The notes under the pieces were generated by a model. It worked only from the letters and a program-made list of their open reading frames with translations. It was not told where the DNA came from and did not search any database. The position numbers were made by a program, and so were the translations under genes. DNA of 64,000 nt, from positions 1 through 64,000 of IMG/VR virus record IMGVR_UViG_3300008012_000022; one strand, 5' to 3'. Below, piece by piece: positions 56,675 to 64,000 of the stretch. This DNA comes from a virus. The first letter of the stretch is position 1. Each line of letters starts with the position of its first letter.

Positions 56675-59235
56675 AGGTTCTTAGAGTAAGCGTTCGCATA
56701 GTTAGGTTCCGAATTCACAATAGTAGATCCAACAATGGCACGAGACGATCCTAAATAGTCTCGTGCTATTGATTTATCTATTACAATAAATTTACGTGAA
56801 TCATATCCAATTGTTGTTGTAATACCTCCTTGAGCATTGATGCCCACAGAGATAGAACTAACACCCGTCTCTATATCAAAATCTGTACGCAATGGCCCAC
56901 GCTCATATCTTACTGTTGAACTGATTAATGGGCACGGTGTGGGAGGATTAAGTGTGCCAAAGTTTTCTAAAAATAGTTTTGCTTCAACAATACCCATGCT
57001 CATTACATCAAGAGATCGTTTGTAAAAACAGCTTTCTTGCGACTTTAAGTTTCGAATAAATTTAGGAGATCCTTTATCATGCATTGGGCTTTCTGTTGAC
57101 TCAGACCCACCTGTATTATCCGACTTAGTTTTGAAAAAGGGAACGAGTATATAATCATACTTTTTCTTTACAGCTTCTTGTAAAAGCTGTTCCATACTTC
57201 GTTCTAAAGACTGCATCATAGGACGGAAATCTTTAGTTCCCATCACAATGAATCCATGTTGAACACCAATACGTGATGGTATTGGGTGCTGAATCACTTC
57301 AAGATTCGTGCCAATATATCTAGCTGTATTAACAGGCATATTTGCAACATCACCCCCTACCGCTATTTTCTGAACAGCTATCATATGGTAATTGCTGCCC
57401 AAAATATTTGTATTAGCTCCACTTACAACAGGATTAAAACCAACTGGATTATCATCGATATCTAAATTGTCACCAACGTCATCAGCAGCACGTATTACGT
57501 TATTGACAGCAGGATCTTTTCGTACATTAGTATCGTCTGCCAATTCTTTGATCGTAATATTTGTTCTATGTTTCGCACGACGTAATATGCGAACTAAAAA
57601 ATCTAACTCAGGAATTTCTGAAATGAAAGCATCGGCTGGAGCGGCGAAAATTTGAACTTGTTGACCTCGTTTGGTAACTGAATTATATACTCTTGCCTCT
57701 GCCTCTTTTTGATTCATCGCATCGGATATATAAATTCCGCCAAATAGTTTAACGAAGTCTTCCATGTAAGGAATGTAATCATCCAACGGATCAATTACTA
57801 TGCCTCGTGTACTCACGCCTCCCCTCGGCGTATGTAAACTAGTTATTTCAACTGCTGTTATACCATCGTTCTTTATGTCAAATAAACCAGTAGAAGATCC
57901 AGCATCTATTGCGTCATCCCAAAAGTTTTTTATACGAGGATTGTTTTGACCTTCTGGTCTAAATAGTGTTGAGCTACCTACTTCGAAATCTCTATGGAAA
58001 CCTGTTAATACATCATTTCCCTCTCCATATAATTCTCCCCAATTTGCAGCATCAGATCCTTCATAGATCATTGTCCCATAAATATAGTAAGAAATTATTT
58101 TAGGCGAAATGCCTAATAATAGTAATGGAAGAAACTTATTTATATAACTCAACTCTTCTTCTGACAGTTTAGTTAAGTAGGTATCATTTAGACGGTATAA
58201 TTTATCTGTTCTTAAACGGGGTTCACTATCATTTTCCCCACCCGCCTCTTGATCTCTTTGATTAAGATCTCCTTTCAATACAACATGAGTAGCTTCAATC
58301 CCTTTGATAGATTGTGAGAATTGAATCTGAGAAGCACACGGCTCATTAAAATCTCCATGTTTGGCAGATATGTTAGCATTAATTTGTGCTACATCAGCAT
58401 TCGTCAAAATTTTAATTTGCTGAGTCATAGGATCAACATACCACGTCATTCCTATTTTACTAAGAACAGATGTTAATACGTCCCTCAGTGTTCCAGTGTC
58501 ACTAAATAATACATTGTTATCTTCTAAATATTTGGCGCTATCATCCTTGAACGACATACCGAGTTGAATCGTTAAGTCACGCAAGTCTGTAAGATAGTAT
58601 CCATATTCAACACTAACTTGTGATGGATCACCAAATCTCCAATTCACTGGAGGTTTCGTTGATATATCTTTTTGCCAAATCCCTTTATCGAATTTTAGAT
58701 AACCTGCGTCAGGTTCAAAGTTATAGTCTCGTGTGATAGGTGTTACATCTACATCATTAATTGTAGCTCGTGCAAAACCCATAAGGTTAATGCCGTTTTG
58801 AGAACGTTGTATTCGTGGGTAAACAGGAAGGTCCATATCTGGATGCCTGTGAGTTTGCCAATATTTTTCGGCTACAAAATAAGAACGAAAAGTCCAATAC
58901 AAATCTTCGTTTAATTCAGACTTGTGTGTACTATGTTCCCCATACAGAATAATTAATTCTTTATCAAGAATCTGATGCGTGTGTTCAACCAATTCAACTT
59001 GAAGATATTTGTAATTGTGTTTAACCTGAGTAACCTCCACTACATCCATAGCAAGACCAAAGGGAGGTAAATTAATAGTAGTATCAAACTCAGGAATTTG
59101 ATAATTCTGATTTTCATTTACCACTACAATTGTAGCTGTAGACGCTTGACTTGATGGTTGAAAATTGTAATCAATACTTACAATCTTACCACCAAACAAT
59201 TGCCCCAAATTCTTTTTTGCTAATACATCTGCCAT
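56671..59235 (-). CDS. Large tail/baseplate structural protein
   Basis: 854 aa; G.L..VL..V....G..WYVDP hub-like motif; structural operon. Confidence 0.6.
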   Translation of the reverse strand: MADVLAKKNLGQLFGGKIVSIDYNFQPSSQASTATIVVVNENQNYQIPEFDTTINLPPFGLAMDVVEVTQVKHNYKYLQVELVEHTHQILDKELIILYGEHSTHKSELNEDLYWTFRSYFVAEKYWQTHRHPDMDLPVYPRIQRSQNGINLMGFARATINDVDVTPITRDYNFEPDAGYLKFDKGIWQKDISTKPPVNWRFGDPSQVSVEYGYYLTDLRDLTIQLGMSFKDDSAKYLEDNNVLFSDTGTLRDVLTSVLSKIGMTWYVDPMTQQIKILTNADVAQINANISAKHGDFNEPCASQIQFSQSIKGIEATHVVLKGDLNQRDQEAGGENDSEPRLRTDKLYRLNDTYLTKLSEEELSYINKFLPLLLLGISPKIISYYIYGTMIYEGSDAANWGELYGEGNDVLTGFHRDFEVGSSTLFRPEGQNNPRIKNFWDDAIDAGSSTGLFDIKNDGITAVEITSLHTPRGGVSTRGIVIDPLDDYIPYMEDFVKLFGGIYISDAMNQKEAEARVYNSVTKRGQQVQIFAAPADAFISEIPELDFLVRILRRAKHRTNITIKELADDTNVRKDPAVNNVIRAADDVGDNLDIDDNPVGFNPVVSGANTNILGSNYHMIAVQKIAVGGDVANMPVNTARYIGTNLEVIQHPIPSRIGVQHGFIVMGTKDFRPMMQSLERSMEQLLQEAVKKKYDYILVPFFKTKSDNTGGSESTESPMHDKGSPKFIRNLKSQESCFYKRSLDVMSMGIVEAKLFLENFGTLNPPTPCPLISSTVRYERGPLRTDFDIETGVSSISVGINAQGGITTTIGYDSRKFIVIDKSIARDYLGSSRAIVGSTIVNSEPNYANAYSKNL

Positions 59236-59948
59236 TATAAAACGAAAACTTGTTTTTCATGTGGGAACACTTGCTCAATACAAGGTTCTAATCCCGTCTC
59301 AATGTTAGTTACTACACTTCCTAATTGTAGAAACTCTTCATCTGTTAATCTAATTCCATTCAAGTATGCCACAAACCCATTTCTATTATATGTTGTGGCG
59401 GTAATGTCATAAACTCCACTGTTATAAACATGTGGTCGATACGGCATAGAAAATAATATTCCTGTTATCCCATCTTCTGGATCAGTCCATTCCCATGTTC
59501 CATCCTCTTGAATAAAGAAAGATTCGCCACTTCCATGCACTAATTTCTGTCCGTTCAGAAATACTTGTTCATTGTTATCTAAATCTGCCACACCAGAAAA
59601 TCCAGAAATCACCTCTGCGTGAACATCATCCTCATAGAAGAAACGCCCCGAATCTGAAACCCAATCGTAAGTCAAATTACCATCTGTTGGCAGAAGATAT
59701 GCTTCACCTGTAGAATTTTTCAGTTGATATCCACTGAGAAAAATCTCGCCCGTATTATCATAGAAGGTCCGTAGCCCCGAAATTGTTACGATAGGTTGTG
59801 TCTCATGCAACACATCACCGTTCACCGCAATTTCAAGACGCATAGTTTCCACAGACGGAATTGAACCTTGCTCAGAGAATATGCTTCCCTGTTGATGGTA
59901 ATTTTCGCCGCTAAAATATTCGCCTGTATTGAGAATGATCTCTATCAT
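59235..59948 (-). CDS. Virion protein, SG/TG rich
   Basis: Repeated V.LNG motifs; 13 S/T-G dipeptides. Confidence 0.65.
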   Translation of the reverse strand: MIEIILNTGEYFSGENYHQQGSIFSEQGSIPSVETMRLEIAVNGDVLHETQPIVTISGLRTFYDNTGEIFLSGYQLKNSTGEAYLLPTDGNLTYDWVSDSGRFFYEDDVHAEVISGFSGVADLDNNEQVFLNGQKLVHGSGESFFIQEDGTWEWTDPEDGITGILFSMPYRPHVYNSGVYDITATTYNRNGFVAYLNGIRLTDEEFLQLGSVVTNIETGLEPCIEQVFPHEKQVFVL

Positions 59949-61306
59949 ATCCTTTTTTCTACGTAATATAGATAGTCTGGTTTGTATTGTTGTATTACAT
60001 CTTCTTTGAAAGCTAATGTTTCAAGGATATCGCCTGTTCTCAAGACTGTTCCTGCAAGATATTCTTTTTCATATCCTGTCGGTTGATCAAGTATAGCACC
60101 AGTTAAAGGGCGCATTTCATACAGTGGAATAGCACCTGTCAACTGGACAGAACGTGTGGCAACAATTGAATAACGTGTCACTAAATCACTTTGGTCAATC
60201 AAGCCACGAGTATCAAATGCTTGATCACCTGTTGGCGTATAATCATCAGTCTCAATTAAGAACGAAGTTTCCTCCATGTAATCTCCCAAAGAAGACGGTA
60301 AAGAATAACCTGTAAAAAATCGTTCACCATCTGTTCTACTTACACCAGTCTCTTCCTGTAGCGTAAACTCAATAAATTCTGAATCTCCCCATGTGTCTTG
60401 ATATCCAGTAAGCACAGGTTGATATCCTGTAACACCTGATCTTAAAATTAAGGTTATATCTTGACCAGTAATCACAGTATCCACCAATGACGCTCCACTA
60501 TTCTGAATCCCCGTCGCCACAAACCCACTCATAATAGGTTTCAAATCTGGCGCTGTATAAAATCCACTAATCACCATGAATTGATCTATGTATCCGCTTA
60601 AAGAATGGAACGCACTGCGATAAAACGTTGGTGATGCTCCGAGATAATAAGGTTCATCCTGACGATTGTTTTGAAATTGTCCGTTAGTGAACAATGATTG
60701 TTCATCATACGTATCGTCTGAAAGCTGATATCGCGCCACTGAGACGTTGTAAGGCGAGATAGATACCGAGAGCAGATTTTTATTTGCAAGCTCTATATCG
60801 TCCGCTGTGAGGCAAAATTCACCTTTCTCTTCGTTAATACCCTGAAAGAATACCTGATTACGGCTATTTAGTCCAATATTGAACCCACGACCGAAGACTT
60901 GACCGTCAGAATACTCATCTCTCACCAGCGAACCAAAGAGGATACCAGCATCCGTTTCCACTTTTTCACAAGAAAAAAGAAAGGTTAACTCTGTATTATA
61001 ATCTGTTTCTGAAACGTGGTCTTCTGCGAATGGCCCGAACTTTACATGAGAATACGACACGTCGCCACCTGACCTTTCATTTAACCGAAAGTTTTCAATT
61101 GTGTGTTGCGCGTTAACTTGTGTGCCGCCTGAGATTTGAACAACTCCTGTATATTGGCCAATAGTCGCCGCTGGTGCTGTATTTATCAGCGCCCCACTAT
61201 TTTGTGCCCCGTCTACTATAACCCCTGTATCATCGAAGTCGTAATAGAGTAGCACGGCACCAGTGCCCCCCTCAAGGTAAGCGTTAATTAAATTTCCTAA
61301 AGTCAT
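59945..61306 (-). CDS. Virion protein with a LamG-like domain and TG-rich stalk
   Basis: YYDF, YYLG, SGYIDQF; 22 S/T-G dipeptides. Confidence 0.65.
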   Translation of the reverse strand: MTLGNLINAYLEGGTGAVLLYYDFDDTGVIVDGAQNSGALINTAPAATIGQYTGVVQISGGTQVNAQHTIENFRLNERSGGDVSYSHVKFGPFAEDHVSETDYNTELTFLFSCEKVETDAGILFGSLVRDEYSDGQVFGRGFNIGLNSRNQVFFQGINEEKGEFCLTADDIELANKNLLSVSISPYNVSVARYQLSDDTYDEQSLFTNGQFQNNRQDEPYYLGASPTFYRSAFHSLSGYIDQFMVISGFYTAPDLKPIMSGFVATGIQNSGASLVDTVITGQDITLILRSGVTGYQPVLTGYQDTWGDSEFIEFTLQEETGVSRTDGERFFTGYSLPSSLGDYMEETSFLIETDDYTPTGDQAFDTRGLIDQSDLVTRYSIVATRSVQLTGAIPLYEMRPLTGAILDQPTGYEKEYLAGTVLRTGDILETLAFKEDVIQQYKPDYLYYVEKRI

Positions 61307-62865
61307 ATCAAGAATGTTTTATTCAATGAAATTCTATTGTTACCTGTTTCACAAGAATGAGATAGTAAAGTCCCATCTTGCACCGAATATTGTTCCATCC
61401 ATCCTGAAACTGTTAATAGCGCCGAACTTACTGACACTCCAGTTGGCACGATACCATTTACACTGATACTTTTTCGTTCACGAGTTTGAAATAATTCTTG
61501 CACACAAAACGAATCATCAACAGTAGGTGATATTTTCCATCGTGGCAACGAATGCTCACATGTAACTGTTACGTTGGGATTGAATAGTTGCCCTGAAAAG
61601 ATATCGATCTGATTGTTATAAGTATATTCGTATTCGATTTGAGATTGGAAAGGTGACTTGTTGATGTTAAATGTCTCATAACGAGTCTCCAATGGTCTAT
61701 CAGAATAATCTAAACCAGCTTCATTGAAATAGTTGAAATGTAATTGAGTTATCGCAAACGGATTAACACCAGAGAAATATGCTTCCACTTTCTTGTAGCG
61801 AGTTTCTTCCTCTGGTGCTTCGGTCAAGAATATATCTTTGTATGAATCATAATATACTCTACCACGTATGTTAGCCTTTATAACTGGATCGGTTTTATTA
61901 GCGGCGAAATTTACTGTGAAGTCGTGATTAACTTCTCCCGTCTTTGGGTTCGATGGGTCTGCAAAGTTAAACGCGAAGCTTATAGAGTTAGCACCTGTAA
62001 CCTCTGTATATTCATAATCAGAAGGTCCACTAAATACATTATCATAATAACCATCTTCAAGTAATGATTTGAAATTCTGTGTTGCTTCTTGAGCGAACTC
62101 TTTAGCTTGTTCAGGTGTGAAGTCTCCTGTAGAGACAGCGCCAGATATACCTCCACGGATCGTTCCGTTGACAGAGACAGTGAAATCTTCTCCATTGTAA
62201 TCTATTTGTGCTGTTGGGCGAACGATAGCTGTTGCTGTATCATACGAATTGATAGCAGTGCTTAAACTCCACGTCTCTGCTATCCCATATGAATTGTTTG
62301 CCCTATCTAACGTCTCAGTTTTATTATCAAGTATCATCGTGTCACCTGAAAAATATAGAGAGATAGCTTCAAAACCATTCATTCTTCCATTAACGAAATT
62401 GCGAACTTTCGTTAACGAGTCTGCATCAGTTTTTACCGCACGTGCTGATACATTATGAGTAGCAGTAACTATTCGTTCATCCTGTTCTGTGAAATTCCAT
62501 ACGTCTATAGGATCAAGTATACCGAAGAATTGAGAGAAATCTTGTTCTTGATAAGCTTCGAATCTTACTTCATATGGCAGAATCTTTGTTAACTCCGACT
62601 CTCTAAATGATATACTGATAGGTTTAGCATATGTGAATCCTGTATTTCCAACTGTTAACTGTTGGAACCCTGTGGTTAATGCATCTACTAGTTCATCCCG
62701 TTGAATCTTTAACTCCGTAAGATTACAACCTGTTAACTGTCCTATCAGCCCAACATTTTGGCGCAAGTAATCCAACTGACCACTTAGAAAGATAGATTCA
62801 TTATCTAAATCTAAAAATGGAGCAGGACTAAAATCATAGTTACCATATGAAACTGTATTACTCAT
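61303..62865 (-). CDS. Tail/baseplate structural protein
   Basis: Beta-rich; P.P.L..and L.G.LTG N-terminus; structural operon. Confidence 0.6.
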   Translation of the reverse strand: MSNTVSYGNYDFSPAPFLDLDNESIFLSGQLDYLRQNVGLIGQLTGCNLTELKIQRDELVDALTTGFQQLTVGNTGFTYAKPISISFRESELTKILPYEVRFEAYQEQDFSQFFGILDPIDVWNFTEQDERIVTATHNVSARAVKTDADSLTKVRNFVNGRMNGFEAISLYFSGDTMILDNKTETLDRANNSYGIAETWSLSTAINSYDTATAIVRPTAQIDYNGEDFTVSVNGTIRGGISGAVSTGDFTPEQAKEFAQEATQNFKSLLEDGYYDNVFSGPSDYEYTEVTGANSISFAFNFADPSNPKTGEVNHDFTVNFAANKTDPVIKANIRGRVYYDSYKDIFLTEAPEEETRYKKVEAYFSGVNPFAITQLHFNYFNEAGLDYSDRPLETRYETFNINKSPFQSQIEYEYTYNNQIDIFSGQLFNPNVTVTCEHSLPRWKISPTVDDSFCVQELFQTRERKSISVNGIVPTGVSVSSALLTVSGWMEQYSVQDGTLLSHSCETGNNRISLNKTFLI

Positions 62866-64000
62866 TAAAATAATTGTAGGCTAATACCGCTTGAACTGTC
62901 TGTTTAAGTATGTTTTCCGTTGTAGTTTGGCGCACCAAAAAAGAATAATCTGCATCAGGCGCAAACCCACTAGCAAATGATAATGCATTTGGCACTAAAA
63001 CATCATTAGTTTTTGCAGTTAAAGATACATTAATCGTTCTTTCTCCGAGCGTTTTACCTGCTCCTTGTACTAATATCTCTTCGTCACCGTAGATAGGAAT
63101 AACAGTATCTCTACTCACAGGTTTTCTATCTGAAATAGTTGCTGTTCGAAGTAGAGTGCCATCTGCTAATCCAGAAAACTGTGGATCAGTAGAAAATCTA
63201 GAGGTGTCAGACACGGTGTTGCCGAAGGGTTCAAACGAAACATTTCTGTCAACTTCGAAAAGTTCGCCAGAAGTTACTTCGGGAAAGAGAACTGGAATTT
63301 TACTGTATGGCAAGTTGGTGTTACTCTTCCAATAATCTTTGTTACGAGTAAACTTCGTAACGTCGTTCTTTCCCCTTGACGACACCGTTAGGTTAAAAGT
63401 GAAACTGTCAAAACCCTCTGGCGATTCGGTCTTCGCCGCAGAGTAGTCTATATTTGTATTATTATTTCGGCGCGGGTCATTTGTGAATTCTACATCTAAT
63501 GTAGCTACATTACCCTGCTCTGATACCCCTTTTGAAATAAGGGTGGGTTGACTGTAGGCACCCGTGTTAGCTTGAATTACAGCGTCTAATGTGCCAGTGA
63601 TACCATGTATTATATTCGCTTCGTATGGTTCAGAAAGCGCCCGAATTTCAAACGAATAATTTTTTAGTTTGTATCCATCTGACTGTAGCACCGTCTTCGA
63701 AGTCTCTGATTTAGAAAAAGGAAGGTTAGCAGTTGTTTCTATCCTGCTAGTTTCTAAAGATTCTGAAAACTCGACACTCTTGTTAAGTATATCAATCGAT
63801 TCAGTTGCGACAGGTTTAAGTCCCGCATCTACTCTTCCCCATTCAGAAATACCATCTTCCTGAAACCCATAAGCTGGACGGTTATTTAGATATACATTCT
63901 TTAAGAATAAGTATGCTTTGTTTAAAAACTCACCACCAGCATCTTGACGATACTTTAACGAAACACTTCGTTCATAACTATATGAATTCTCGCCGCGATT
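62858..64000 (-). CDS. Tail structural protein, 5' end beyond the window
   Basis: The frame of ORF 62858..63691 stays open to position 64000. Confidence 0.7.
   Translation of the reverse strand, partial: NRGENSYSYERSVSLKYRQDAGGEFLNKAYLFLKNVYLNNRPAYGFQEDGISEWGRVDAGLKPVATESIDILNKSVEFSESLETSRIETTANLPFSKSETSKTVLQSDGYKLKNYSFEIRALSEPYEANIIHGITGTLDAVIQANTGAYSQPTLISKGVSEQGNVATLDVEFTNDPRRNNNTNIDYSAAKTESPEGFDSFTFNLTVSSRGKNDVTKFTRNKDYWKSNTNLPYSKIPVLFPEVTSGELFEVDRNVSFEPFGNTVSDTSRFSTDPQFSGLADGTLLRTATISDRKPVSRDTVIPIYGDEEILVQGAGKTLGERTINVSLTAKTNDVLVPNALSFASGFAPDADYSFLVRQTTTENILKQTVQAVLAYNYFNE

Noticed and set aside
1-64000. Stop-codon reassignment
   Set aside because: Conserved genes are full length in code 11 and terminate at TAA, TAG and TGA, with tight gene coupling.

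Overview
A 64 kb segment of a large, AT-rich (roughly 38% GC by eye) tailed dsDNA phage genome. It has no host housekeeping genes, tRNA, rRNA, CRISPR array or integrase. Both ends carry virion/tail genes, and there is a lysis cassette at 1.8-4.4 kb. The core is a replication/recombination module: DnaE-type polymerase split into separate PHP and catalytic genes, DEDDh exonuclease, primase, DnaB, RecA, a RecB/Cas4-like nuclease, SSB/SSAP candidates and a ClpA/B-like ATPase. Nucleotide and NAD genes include a class Id-like ribonucleotide reductase, dNMP kinase, MazG-like proteins and a Prs-like plus Nampt-like pair matching the NARP1 anti-defence pathway. The window also has a phage sigma factor, HNH-AP2 endonucleases and about 11 glycan-synthesis genes (8 glycosyltransferase-like genes, Gmd, 2 methyltransferases). 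The most unusual signals are: (1) two adjacent genes in which a shared twin-arginine leader (MKRRNLLK) is fused to what look like fragments of a major capsid protein and a terminase, possibly immune decoys; (2) strong Ser/Thr-Gly enrichment in virion proteins alongside the glycosyltransferases, a possible virion-glycosylation sequon; (3) the octamer GCGGCGAA occurring at least 25 times, fairly evenly spaced and in both orientations; (4) three unannotated, highly structured intergenic RNAs; (5) two promoter classes driving apparently leaderless mRNAs. All protein assignments are from motif recognition by eye; no database search was run.
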